Shown piece after piece: positions 37,773 through 50,644 of a stretch of 64,000 bases of DNA; positions within the stretch are counted from its first letter, which is position 1, and each line of letters begins with the position of its first letter. Location: contig CDRNST010000051.1 of the NCBI GenBank assembly GCA_977016875.1, positions 434,001-498,000 on the forward strand. Direction: 5' to 3'. This DNA is from Pavona decussata. Lineage: Eukaryota. Both the position numbers and the translations under genes were made by a program. A model generated the notes under the pieces. The model saw nothing but the letters and a program-made list of their open reading frames with translations, did no database searches and was not told the origin of the DNA.

Positions 37773-40407
37773 ATGAATGAACGAACCTTGCTAATTGCTC
37801 ATTTGGCCCATGCAGTTCTTCACGCACTTATACCCGGAGGCATGCAACAGTGAGCTTTTTTCTGTTATTTCATAGATTTTCTAGGCCCATGGCGATTGTC
37901 TCTTGAATTTGAAAAGGCGAAATAAGAACTTTTCGTTCCTTCGTTCAAAAAAAGTTACATACAAAATTTCATGCAATGTCTAAACTTGCAGAGTATACTC
38001 TGCTATGTGTCAATCCCACATTTCAATGTAATTCTTTTCATTTTGTTTTTATTCTTAACTGATGATTTTAGGTATTACTATTAGGAAGGTCACAGGAAAA
38101 CAACCCCTGCCAAGATATTATTACTGCGAATTATCAAGAGCGTGCGGCAATGCGATTTCGAAACCTTAATTGTTTCTCTGACTTTTTGAACTACCTGTAT
38201 GACCAAGGAGGCGGATGTCTGCCAATCAAATACGTAAAATAAATAACAACATTATCCACCTCACACTGTCGAACTATTGCATTGACTAATGGTATCGCTG
38301 TTTTTGGCCGACTCTTTGAAGTATTATATTGAACAATGAGGCCCTGACCGGAACGCAATTTCATTGAATTATCTACCTCTGCACGTTGCTCAACCGAACG
38401 TCTGAGTAGAACTTCCAAGTTATTTCCAGTAGATCGGAGATACTGATCCGTTTCACCTTTAATTTATTTTATGGAACACTTGCCGTAATTTGACTGTAAT
38501 TTTTTTTGTCTCCGAGATCGGTTTTTGTCACTGCTGAAACTTAGCGTCACTGATCTTCTCATTTGTCATAGAAAACGAAAGAGGATCACGATGATCCTGT
38601 TTTGTGGAAACAAACTCTGTGGCCACTCGACCCAAAATTAATCTTCTTAACTTTTACTTAAGCGATTAACAGTTTTTCCAAAGTTGGTTTCGAAACAACT
38701 GAGATAGGTCAGGGTTTACGAATCCGTTAAATGGCTGCAGACAACTTGAACCGCGAAAACTTGAAACTGGTGAAAAGTTAAAGCCTTGAGACAACGTATT
38801 TGATTTGGTTAAGAACTGTCGGTTATCCCGGTTTCGGTCCTTAGTTGTGCGCAAGTCATGTAAAGAGTAGCAGAAAGAATTAAACAATTTTTAATACGAC
38901 TGTATTTGCAAATCAGTGAGTTCCTTGCCTTCAGCAGTCCGGTACGACCTTTTTGCTTTTCGGTAATCTATATTTTGAGGGGCTGAAATAGTAATGTAAC
39001 TTGATTATAAACGCAAAACTAAAGAAGGGAGCTCTGCAACGAGAGAAAATTGTTTTCCAAAACATCTTTTCCCGTTTGTGCCGACATGAACTATTTGTTT
39101 CCCCAAAAGACTTTGAGTATCTCAAATAGTTCAGACACGTTTGTCAAACAATACCCGGTTCGTGTCCGCGCAAATGATCAGGAAAAGTTTTATAGACCTT
39201 TTCCTCATGCATGTTATAATGTTGCGTTTTCCATAATTTAACCCCCCCCCCCCCCACCCCTAATCTCGTACCAGTCGCGTGTGTCTCCTTCGTATCGTTT
39301 CACCCGTATGTTATGACCAGTGACCGATCTTCATTGAGGCGTGTAACACAAGTGCACTTTAATTTTTACTCTTCATTTCCATTTTGGATATATGCAAACA
39401 AATGTAATCGATGCTCCGTCGGTGAAAACTTTGTTTCAGAGAGCAATTTGAAAATTTGATAGGGTCGAAATCCAAGCAGAAATGAAAAGAAAACAAAATG
39501 TTCTTGTTTACTAGTTCAGTGTTGAAAAGCGGACTTAACTTGAATTGCAGCCGTGGGAATGAGCCTTCAATAGCAGAGCTCAGCCTCCACGCTTTGACAT
39601 GCACGGGTCAAATCTGGCGGATCAGCAACGACTTGTTTGCAAAATAAAATTCTCTAGTCTTGAAGAGCAGTTTGTTAGAAAAGTTGCTAAATCAACAAAA
39701 ACATCTGGGCTTCTTTCGCGGGCCATGAAAAGAATGTAACTATTAAATTGATTTAGGATATGGCCCTGGCATTGACCCGGTCACAGAACAGGAAACCCGC
39801 GCAACCAACCAGCTAAATAATTTTGCCGATCACGGACCCAGCCCGCACACAGAGACAACAGAAAAATTGCTTCGTTTTGCCGTTTATCAAGTAAAGATAC
39901 AGCTGAAAGCTGGGGGCAGTGCTCAGACAGTTTCATTTACGTTAGCTAAGTACAATTTTTCAAAGAATTAAAGAAAATCTTGATTTAACTCCTTGTGAAA
40001 GGGTAGCGTTCAAGCTGGGCCAGCTACATGTCACTGATGCAATATTACCTTTCGACAACAAATGTTGACGGATCATTATAAAATATGTGTTTTACAATAC
40101 AGTGAAAATCGACAAATCTAAATACTGTTAGTATGATCCCAGTAAAAACATTCATATCCTTAGCAATGCGTACTGGATGTTAACTTTGAATCTTTTTTTT
40201 TTCGGCCAAGTTTAAAATCTGCAGAGGCAGTCTGCAAACATTGTTTATCAAAGTGTAACTGGTTTCAGTGAACTGCTAACATTAACATTCCCTTTTCTAA
40301 ACGGCTACTGTCTATAATACTTATTCTTGCTGACGTACCTGGAAACTGATGAGCAGAGATAAAGAGAGTAGAAAAACAGCGGAGTATGAAGGCGCGAAGA
40401 GTGCCAT
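33255..40407 (-). CDS. Delta-like protein: signal peptide, C2/MNNL, 15 DSL-like units, Ser/Thr stalk, in-frame TAA at 33698-33700, then TM helix and cytoplasmic tail (749 aa as assembled, ~837 aa without the stop)
   Basis: Exons 40339-40407 ([23 protein letters not shown]), 37073-37351, 34443-36186, 33603-33855 (..[35 protein letters not shown]), 33255-33423 ([16 protein letters not shown]); all GT-AG and in phase. Confidence 0.86.
37492..37770. repeat. Compound microsatellite (GGAT)n/(GACT)n/(GGCT)n interrupted by a MITE at 37593-37668 (TSD ggatggatg)
   Basis: Read directly from the sequence. Confidence 0.92.
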
Positions 40408-43400
40408 CGAGGCCAGTGTGACGTTGCTTGAATTTGTAAATCAGAGCTCTGCTAATTGAATATTCGGTGAAAACACGTACACGAAAAAGCACCACTCTAA
40501 ACCAAAGGGCACGCACAGTCGAGGTCTGCACGAATGCCAACACAAACTAGTTAACTCTGCGTACCGCTAAAATAACAAACCGATATGTTGACATTGGGTT
40601 GTACTCATAGCGCACGTGATCAGCTTATCAAACGCGCGTAAAACTATCTACATGGTGTCCGCCGACCCCAGCAACGCAATGATCAAAAGGATCGTTGTTT
40701 CGAAACGGTGACACATCGATTGCTTAACAATTAGTAGGTCAATGTTATGGCTGGTTTGCTTTTATTTTTACCAGAAAGAGAACAGAAAGGACGCTGTGTA
40801 TTTGTACTAAAAAATGGAGTCCAGTTTGAATGAATATATCTTCCCTTCTGGTTACGAGTTTAGGAGCTGATAGGTTCAACGCTAAGCTCTTGTTTTTACT
40901 TAGTCATAAAGAGGTGCGGAAGTTAGGAAATACAGCATCATGAAAAGTTGTGCAAGGTAAGTTAATTTTGTCACTTTTACCTTACGTCATGAAATGACTG
41001 TACTTATATCCCCTGGGAAGAGGAGAGGAAGGATTGGGAATAAGCCGATAGTCGTCATAACACAGATTTAAAGCCATCACCAAGTTTATTGAACGGAGTG
41101 CATAAGTTTCATCTGGGCATAATATTTCGTCTGAATTAGTAAATAGGGGTTTGAAAACAACGCAGCTTGACTAGCAAGACCGGGCCCACCTCCTCCTTGG
41201 GACTAAGTTCTGAGCATCATTACACCATGTCAGTCATGATTAGTGATCATGGACTCAAATAGATTTCACATCTCGATACAGTTCGATGACATGCAATCGC
41301 AAAGATCGGTACTCGATTGGTGTGTCAATAGAAGAGTTGTTCAACGCATTGCAATGATGTAGCATCTCAAAGCATCGATATTTCATTCAGTTGGTACATC
41401 AAAATTTCGTGACGTTTCTCGGAAAGGTCATTTTGTCATTGCAGGTGATGATTTGCTTTGAAGGGGGCGCAATATCAAGCAATGACGCTGTTTGTGGCGA
41501 AATCGTAAGAAAATGGTTTGCCCTCTTAGCGCAATCCGCATACTCTTTTGTCACCATCATCTGCAGCTAGCAAAACACGAGAACAAATCCTACGTTTGCG
41601 TTTTTTACGGGCACTTGACCCTGATTTGACGGCCCGGAGGCAATTTTTTTGAATCCCTAGTTGAAATCAATCCGAGTTTTACCAATCTTTATTACCTCAC
41701 ACTTAAAAAGTGCTCGTCATATCATATCGAAAATCAAAGATCAAAACTCTGTAACATGTAAAAATTTTAAAACTCGAAAGAATCACTCAGTGTTTGAAAT
41801 CACGCCAAACAAAACGTTATCTTTCTAAGTTACAAGTGGATCTTGTTTGTACGCCTCTACGCATTACCCACTTTCTCTTACCAGTTATTTTCCCTTGTTA
41901 AATAAAATAACTTTAAAAGTGATATTTCAATTGTTATAATAAAAAAAATTGTTATTTCGCAACATGAGTGATTCCAACTGGTAGACGGCTTTTATAAATT
42001 ACAGAAACACCATCAAAAATTAAATTAACCACGCATCTCAGTACCGTTTCGCAATCTTATTTCTGTCCGACAAAGGTCATTGACCGTTCTCCGCCTAAAC
42101 AGACCAACTTTATATATTTTTAAGTGGATTAAAAAATTAGTTACAACCAGCCCCCTGCAAACAAATATCTATCTTTTAATTTTAATTTACTTTTTACGTT
42201 CTAAAAAGCCGTTGGATAAAACTATCCAGAATACACTAATCAGTCGTCATCCATAAAGATCCACAGAAACACGAGATCTTTATTTGATATTCCATTTCGT
42301 GATGTTTACGATCGTCGCTTTGAGAGCCGTTTGAACGCGTCTTAAATTGTGTTGCCAACTCATTTCAAAATGTAAAGATTACATAGATCAATATTTCACT
42401 GATGGAAGGCACTTGAAGGGCACAAGTCGCTCTTGGAAAAGGTCGTGACAGAGATTAATTACAAAAATCTTTTGCAGTTATCTTTCATCAGAATCGCATG
42501 TCCAATATTACGAAGAAGCTCGCATAGAAGCGCACAACTTTAAAAATACATACCTCGAATAAATAGTCTAAAAGCTTCACAAACGAATTACGAGAAACGG
42601 CAAACGGTGATTTATTTTGCACCAATAACGTTGCGACTCACTCAGTTTTGTTTTCAAAATCAATAGAGATGAGATTTTACTGATGCTTGCAAGTCAGTTT
42701 CTGTGAACCTCCAAGTAAAAGTCAACCTGTGGTAGACCCATTTTACTCTGGAAAGTTCGAATCTTCTCCACACTTGAAATTGTAATTAACAAACTTTACT
42801 CCACATTGTCTCTCTTCGCCCATAAATGGATACCAGGGGAAAACCCTACAATGGACTAACATCCAATTCAGGAGAGAGAAGCAAATCTCCTATTGAGTTA
42901 TGTCCACAGAACTTGAAATGCAACTTTTACACATTTTCCTTAAAGCGACATAAAAAGAAATCTGAAAAAACAAACAAACAAACAAACAAAAACATATCAG
43001 CATCAAGCACGCAACTGCATGATCAGCTGTCAGAAACCACATCTTAGCTCCACTTAGTTAAATCAAGTGTTAGCCATGCGTATGCTAATTGCCTTGCATT
43101 GCTACTCTTTTGATCGATAGCAGTTTTCAAATCCTCAGTATTTACGAATATTTGACATTTTGTGGAAGTCGATATCGAGATTACAATTGTGTTAGCGCCG
43201 TGTAGGTCGTGTAAGTATTGGGAAGTGTAATACATCTGCTCCAGTGAAATATCAACACTGAGCACTTACCAAAATGTCCTGGACCAAACTTCTTTGAATA
43301 GATTTAAGAACGTGGTGACGACTAGCTATTTCGATATCGCTTTCACCGCGCGATCCTCTCCCTGGGCAAAGTTTTGTCACTCATAATTTGGGCTGTGAAT

Positions 43401-43479
43401 GATTATAGTGACAACGAAAATTATTTACTGCATCTGTGACAACCAGTTGGATCTCAGGGCCTTTGAACGTGGATTCGGG

Positions 43480-43850
43480 GTGATAAACTGATTACTAACC
43501 GTGCGGGAGGTCGCGGGTTCAAACCTCGGCCGCACCACCACTCGGGGTCTTTTAAATAACTGAGGAGAAAGTGCTGTTTTTGTTCTAACATCTGCAAATG
43601 GTTAGACTTTCTAGTTTTCTCGGATGAGGACGATAAACCGTAGGCCCCGTCTCACAACCCTCGTTTGTAAAGAACTCTGTGGGACGTTAAAGAACCCACT
43701 CACTGTTCGCAAAGATTAGGGAACGTAGTTCCCGGTTTTGTGGTCTGGACTTTGTGTGTATATTCTCATGATTGGGTGGGTAAATGCTCGGAGATATTAA
43801 CTGTGTAAGCTACTCTTAAATTGGAGGGTAGAATAAGATATGATGATGAA
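43480..43850 (+). mobile_element. tRNA-derived SINE-like element (copy at ~53820-54190)
   Basis: B-box-like ggaggtcgcgggttcaaacctcggcc followed by a conserved body and (gat)n tail. Confidence 0.6.
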
Positions 43851-44465
43851 CCTATCGCACAGCTTGCTTTGCCTTTCGTCATCGCTTCTTCACATTGTCT
43901 CTCTATCTCTGCCCGAATTTACGAATTTGGTCGTCACTGAACCTTTAGACAAGAACCAATCAAATAGCTCAAGATCAAGTAGCCTCCCATGGAGCTGTTT
44001 TTAGGGGAGTCGCTTTACCCTCTTCCCCACAAAGAGGAGAGGCTAACAAAATGTCGAGGGATAAACCCTGCGATGGAGTATCGTCTCGTCCAGAGGGAGT
44101 ATAGTAAGATATCCCTGGTAGATTCATCCCTTAGGCACCATTGGTTGGATGTCTAGTGCACAGTTAAGCGCTTGACTCGTGAAGACGTTATCTATCTAGT
44201 TGCAACGGCAATTTACTATTATCTACGTACTGTCGGGGGAAAGTAAACGCGCACTTTATCGAAGGACGAAATCTGTGCTTACAAACTTCGCAAGTGATTG
44301 GCATATGTCTGACCGATAAACTGATAAGCGATGCAAGTCCGGGTCTTAAACAAACTACAGAAACAAACTCTTAACAGCCCGCTTTATTTGATTCTCAATA
44401 CAAGCAACAGATTAAACTTGACGCACATTGATGACCTAGCGTCGGCGACTCGGCGTCGGCCCCAG

Positions 44466-47400
44466 TTATTTCCCTACTGGCCTCCAACCACCTCCGCCTC
44501 CCCCTACGGGTCTCCAGCCTCCACCACCGCCTCCAACAGGTCTCCAACCTCCCCCACCACCTCCGCCTCCTGGACGCCAGCCACCTCCACCTCCACCTCC
44601 ACCACCATTTCCGCCTCCACCACCCCCTCCGCCATTACAATACGAGCTCTTATCGAAACTTCCCTTCGCGACATTATTCCTGAAGTCGTTCATCATGTTT
44701 CCTGCGGGACGATAGCGGCCTACCACGTAGGTACACCCTCTGGAGGTAGCTTTTCCCATCCCCAGCTCTACACTCTTCTTCCACACCACCTGGGTAAAGT
44801 GTCCCGTGCCGGATCCCCATCCGGGATTGTTGAAATTGAACTTGCAAACTTCTTTATACCTGAGTGAAAGATTGACAAAAGGAGATATCTTAGCACCCCT
44901 CTTCTGAATTTACCCTGTGTTCTAATCCTGTTTTAAATGTTTGGTATACAACAGTCTCATATGAAGATGAGTTTTCATCCCGTCACATTTTAAGTAGTAA
45001 AAAAATGCAGAAGAAAAAAATGCAAATAATAGTAAAGGCGAAAAAAATACTAGAGATTATAATTGTTTTTGTTAACTTAAAGTTGAAACAAGACAATAAA
45101 CAAACAAATAAACGTAAACACGAACAAACGCGATTTAATTTAATACTCATCATATACCGCACGTAGATCGAAGACAGAATCAATTAAATGAGGTCAGAAT
45201 TCCTTCCAATCAATCAAACAAGCCGACGATGGCTAACTGGGTGGCTAAAATCTCTGTGTATATGTCTTTTTTTAATCAATCGAATAGTCTTAACTTTCAT
45301 TTAAGCAAACTCCAAGTGCTTTGAATATCACAAACTTGGAAAATATTACCCAATCAGCTGTCTGGCTGTACACTGACGGTAAATTTTAAATCCCTTATCC
45401 AATAGGCCATTTCCGAGTTGCTGAGAACCTCACTATGAAAGCGAGGCTAAGTGCAAGACTTTTCATACGAAAATGAGTTTTGTTTGCATATGAATGAAAA
45501 CTGATTTTCATAACAAAAACTTTGCACTTAGCCTCGCTTTCATAATGAGGTTCAAAGCAACTCGGAAATGGTCTATTGAGTTTTTTTCTTATCCAGTGCA
45601 TATAGTACTCACCACATTTCAACAGCCTGCTGGGCCGAAAGGTCACGACCGCACGACATAGCGAGATTCTCCCCCTGACCTGGTCTCTGACTGGAGCTCG
45701 AGTGCTGAAGACTTCCCCTGCGTGCTAGCCGCTGGGCATAAGCTGCTGCCTGCTGGCTCATACCAGAATCCAAACTCATATCCGGGGCATCGTGTATCCT
45801 GCGATACTTGTTATGTGCAGCCAAGCCATCTTCGTCAAAAGATCCATCCCCACCGTTACCTCCGCCACCCCCGTTTCCGCCCCCACCACCCCCGTTTCCG
45901 CCGCCACCACCGCCATTGCCGCCGCCACCACCCCCATTGCCACCGCCACCGCCCCCGTTGCCTCCTCCACCACCCCCATTTCCGCCACCACCACCCCCTC
46001 CGCCATAACAATATGAGTTCTTATCGAAACTTCCCTTAGCGACATTATTCCTGAAGTTGTTCATCATGTTTCCTGCCGGACGATACCGGCCCACTACGTA
46101 GGTACACCCTCTGGAGGTAGCTTTTCCCATCCCCAGCTCTACACTCTTTTTCCACACAACCTGGGTAAAGTGTCCTGTGCCGTACCCCCATCCAGGATTG
46201 TTGAAATTGAACTTGCAAACTTCTTTATACCTGAGTGAAAGATTAACAAAAGGAGATATCACATCAGAAATATTAGTCGTATACGCCCATACCTTAGTAT
46301 TGACTCAACCAAAACACTATTGCATCATTAGTAACGTCTCGCTTAGATCATTGTAATTAATGCGCTTCTCTATGGCCTACCTGATTATCTTATTCAAAGA
46401 CTACAATATGTTTTGAACGCTGCTGCTAAAGTGATCACTTGCAAGCGGAAGTTTGATCATGTCACGCCACTACTTATTGAGCTACATTGGCTCCCCGTCC
46501 GTCAGCGTATTGTACTTAAGATCTTATTGTAGACCTTTAAGGCACTCCAACTCCAATGTACTTGACTGAGCTCATCAGTCCTTATGTTCCCAGGCGAGCT
46601 CTTAGGTCTGCTGACCAACCTCTACTGAAGCAGCCAACGCACAAGCTCAAATTGACTGGCTTTAGGGCTTTTTCAGTGTGTGCGCCTTACCTCTGAAACC
46701 CGCTTCCATTTGAGATTAAAAGCAGCGCATTTCTCTCTATCTTTAAAGCTAAGCTTAAGACCTATCTTTTTCGACAAGCATATTTTTAGACCTTTAATTG
46801 ACTTTTGATTTTTTGATTCTTAGATCTTTTTTTACATTCTTTTAGTGTATAGATTATATGTTCGGCACTGTAAAGCGCATTTGAGCGTTAGGAANNNNNN
46901 NNNNNNNNNNNNNNNNNNNNNNNNNNNNNNNNNNNNNNNNNNNNNNNNNNNNNNNNNNNNNNNNNNNNNNNNNNNNNNNNNNNNNNNNNNNNNNNNNNNN
47001 NNNNNNNNNNNNNNNNNNNNNNNNNNCTGTGTTCCTGTTCCAAAGTACGATGGCTTACGGTGGCTGAAATCTCTGTGTACATGTCTTTTAAATCCATCAA
47101 ATAGTCTTAACTTTAAATTTTCATTTAACTAAATTCCAAGTTCTTGCAACTGATCGTGAACTTGAAAATATTTGCCCAATCAGCTGCCTCGGTTGCCTCT
47201 ATGCTGGCTAGGGGCCTGGTTGTACACTGTCATGAACTTGGAAATGTTTACCCAATCAGCTGCTTCGGTTACCCCATATGCTGGCTATTGCTAACTATGG
47301 GCCTGATTGTCCACTGTCAGTAAACTTTAAATCCGTTATCCCGTTGAGTTTTTTCTTATTCAGTGCATGCAAGGCTATAGTACTCACCACATTTCAACAG

Positions 47401-48459
47401 CCTGCTGGGCCGAAAGGTCACGACCGCACGACATAGCGAGATTCTCCCCCTGACCTGGTCTCTGACTGGAGCTCGAGTGCTGAAGACTTCCCCTGCGTGC
47501 TAGCCGCTGGGCATAAGCTGCTGCCTGCTGGCTCATACCAGAATCCAAACTCATATCCGGGGCAACGTGTATCCTGCGATACTTGTTATGTGCTGCCAAA
47601 CCATCTTCGTCGAAAGATCCTGAACAAAAGAAAGGGTCCCAAAACAATAGGTTTCATATCATAGTCATGCCACTAAAAAATGCCCTTCCTTACATCAGTC
47701 GAGAACAGAATAATCTTTTTTACTTAAGTGACTACATCATGAGACAAACTATTCATTTTTTATTATCATTTTTGTCATATATATTTGCCTAGCTCCAGAT
47801 CTCGAAAATGAGTTTGTAACTTTGTACACATGAATTATAGTTTATGCCAGAAAACTGTTAGGAAAACTGAAGAAAAACGCTTGCGTCTAGGGAGAAAAAG
47901 CACTTCTGGACTAAGTCATTCACTGTTAAATCTAGCGATTCACGGTTGCTGTTAAGTGACTTTGGAACACAAAGAAACTGGCTTTACCAGCGAGTAAATG
48001 ACTAAAGTAAATGATGTTCAATGTTTAAGTCCTAAAAGGAAAAAATTGAAAAGGCATCCTCCCATAATACGTGTACTTTATCTTACCGTGAACTTTGTGC
48101 AACCCTCCTGAAAAAGAAAGAGATGCGTATGCGTCATGATCATCAGAAACGAATTTCTTTCGTAACAATGACTCCGACGTTATGGCAATAAAATTAAAAA
48201 TAATTCTCGTTTCCTGCATGCAAGATGAAAACAAATCTTTCGTTTTTTCTTTCTCTATTATTCAGTATTAGAAACCGATTTCCACACCGACTGACCAATA
48301 CAGCGTTTTCTTTGCGAATTTACGGATAATCATACCCTTACTGACCAAAAATGTGTCACAATTTTAATTGTGCTTAAAAGTGCTAAATTAAAATCAGAGT
48401 CTCGTCTCACCAACGATGCACAGCAGCCCCAACAACAGAGGGGAGAGATGAGAACACAT
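44466..48459 (-). CDS. Secreted CAP/SCP (GAPR-1/PR-1-like) protein with two CAP domains, poly-Gly/Asn linker and Gly-rich WRPV-repeat tail (~437 aa)
   Basis: Exons 48411-48459 (MCSHLSPLLLGLLCIVG), 48087-48107 (21-nt microexon), 47388-47619, 45613-46230, 44466-44859; motifs HNKYRRIH, GENLA, GHFTQVVWK, VVGRYRPAGN each occur twice; an assembly gap lies in intron 3. Confidence 0.85.
45401..45577. mobile_element. Hairpin MITE in a CAP intron
   Basis: aataggccatttccgagttgc..gcaactcggaaatggtctatt; absent from the paralogous introns near 47340 and 55775. Confidence 0.82.
46257..46890 (+). mobile_element. 5'-truncated LINE (L2/CR1-type) ORF2 3' end
   Basis: Broken frame HIRNISRIRPYL..LLYGLPDYLIQRLQYVLNAAAKVITCKRKFDHVTPLLIELHWLPVRQRI. 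Confidence 0.85.
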
Positions 48460-48718
48460 AGCGAGAAAATGATCAAATAATTTACGCCGCGTATTAGTCA
48501 AGCTTCTCTAACGTGTACGCTTAACTTCATGACCTATCGCTTTTAAAGTCTGGGGTGGAGTCGATTCTAAGGGATTGTTTGTAGTTACAGCAGGTGAGAT
48601 GAAAGGTGTTCAAACATATCAAAGCAAGGCAAAGAAAGTGCAATATTCCTACTTATTAAAACCTGGATCGTTGTATAATGCAATTCCAGGGATTTGATTG
48701 GCTTAGCGGCCATAGTAT

Positions 48719-49160
48719 CAGGGTTTTCATTTGAGGCCGGAGGCCGGACGTTTCGTCCGGTCGTTTGCCATTCCACGTCCGGTACTTTGAGATCAAGTTA
48801 CCAAACATTTTTGAAAATCAAATGAATTCGCAATGATAAGCCACTGAAAATTCTGTTGTTGCCATTCTCCCTCCCCCTCCCCCTACCAACTGACCATTTT
48901 CATTCAGTAATTTACTTTTTAAAGAGAATTTTAGTGAGCGCCAGCATTGCCTAGGAAACTGTTTCCTTGGTTCCAGAAACGCTGGAAATGGCGTTTCTGA
49001 ATATTCTATTTTAAAAATTTCCTGGGGGAGCATGCCCCCAAACCCCCCTAGGTGCTTGCCACTTCGGCGCTCGCGAGGCGCCTTACGGCGCCAAGAAAAC
49101 ATTCACGTCCGGTGCTTTCAGAAGTATGTCCGCTACTTAACAAAACAGTTGAGAACACTG
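48719..49160. mobile_element. MITE with CAG..CTG ends and 7-bp TSD
   Basis: atagtat|cagggttttca..tgagaacactg|atagtat; empty site near 57177 in the duplicate. Confidence 0.8.
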
Positions 49161-50313
49161 ATAGTATATGAGCCATTAGGCCATGCCTGTAAATTGTCTT
49201 CTGGTTGTTCTTGCCAAGCAAAATCAGCAAGATCTAGCAATATTTCTTGATTGTTTTTAATAAAAAAAATTATCCCACTCGCGCTTGTTGGACATGAGAT
49301 GATTATAATTGTTAATTATACTCAGGTTCAATCTGTATTAACGATTGGACAACGGTAAAAATATATTCAATCCAAAGCTATGATATCGTTTTTGAACTAT
49401 AATAGTGAATTTTACAATAGCATTCTGCTACCACTTTAATCCGAGTCGCTTAGAATCTGCCAAAAACTTTTTCCAAAATTTCTTAAATTCTCACCTCAGA
49501 AATCTATTTAGAGAATTAAATGAACACCACTTCATGAGAAAGACATGGCTAGACGCTAGGCCGTTCTATCTATCTACTTACAACTCAGAGCTACGTTTGG
49601 TTATTTATGTCTTAGCGAAAAAGACAGAAACATCACTCATACATAGAAATTGACATATAGCAATAAAATTCAAACTAAGCATTATTGATGTGGGACTAAG
49701 TAAAGAGAAAATTGCGTTTTGTTAGCAACTAAAGTTATACGTTGGAGCTACAAATATTTGCTTTCTCAGTTCCAGAACTGAAGTGTTATGTTCAGCTGTT
49801 CAGGTGGACAGCGGACTAAACCACGTGATTCACTATAATGTTTGTTTAGCTTGCCCACGCATGGTCAGAATACAGAAACAAATAATCGCATACGATATCT
49901 GCTGAAATAAGACTCCGCCTGATACTTAACAAGTGATTCTCAGTTAACAATTCAAAACCTATAGCTACTGGTAGTAGGGTTTACAAATTCATAATTTTTA
50001 TCTCATACCTTATTACCTTTCCTGTTTTAGTTAACCCCCCTCTCTAATAAACCCTTCCGGTTTAGGTTTTGATCATGTTTCACAAAATTGCGCTTTCGGT
50101 CTGCTTCTGCTATTACTCTAAAAAGCTCCCCTTTTTTGTCCCTTTTTGGGAAACCTTAAGTACTAGTTAAGAAGTCCCCTCACTTGGAGTTTAATGGACA
50201 GAATAGATGTAACATATCCTGATATTTATCCACGATGCGATCGATTGCCCTTGGGAATCATAGTGTACTCATCATAAATACAAACATCAGGTATTTAGAA
50301 CAACTCTGACAGT

Positions 50314-50644
50314 TCCGAGTATGCCTGTGTCACTTTCTGGAATAATACATCATTCTTATTCATTTACCAGGCTGGAAATATACCATCACATTTATTTCAT
50401 TTACCACACGTTCGACATTTAAATCCTAGCAGTATGCAGGATATTTGTCCCATGAACCTAGTTTAATGGCCTTAGCTCCCACGAGTCTCCTGTAGCTCAG
50501 TGGTAGAGCATCCGAACTAGTAATCGGAAGGTCTTAGGTTCGACTCCTGATAGGAGTACTCGGATTTCTTTTTTTCGAGTATGCCTGTGTCACTTTCTGG
50601 AATAATACATCACTCTCATTCATTTACCAGGCTGGAAATATACC
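50314..50644 (+). mobile_element. tRNA(Thr-like)-containing ~260-bp element with terminal direct repeats; tRNA-like core 50486-50558
   Basis: A-box tagctcagtggtagag, B-box ggttcgactcc, oligo-T; cgagtatgcctgtgtcac.. repeated at 50316 and 50576; absent from the duplicate. Confidence 0.75.

Noticed and set aside
45808-46008. Poly-proline ORF suggesting a minicollagen, formin or extensin
   Set aside because: Antisense of the CAP poly-Gly linker; no Gly-X-Y or Cys-rich domain
50486-50558. Functional tRNA-Thr(AGT) gene
   Set aside because: 8-nt anticodon loop, mismatch at acceptor pair 1, and embedded in a dispersed recently inserted repeat; treated as a mobile element
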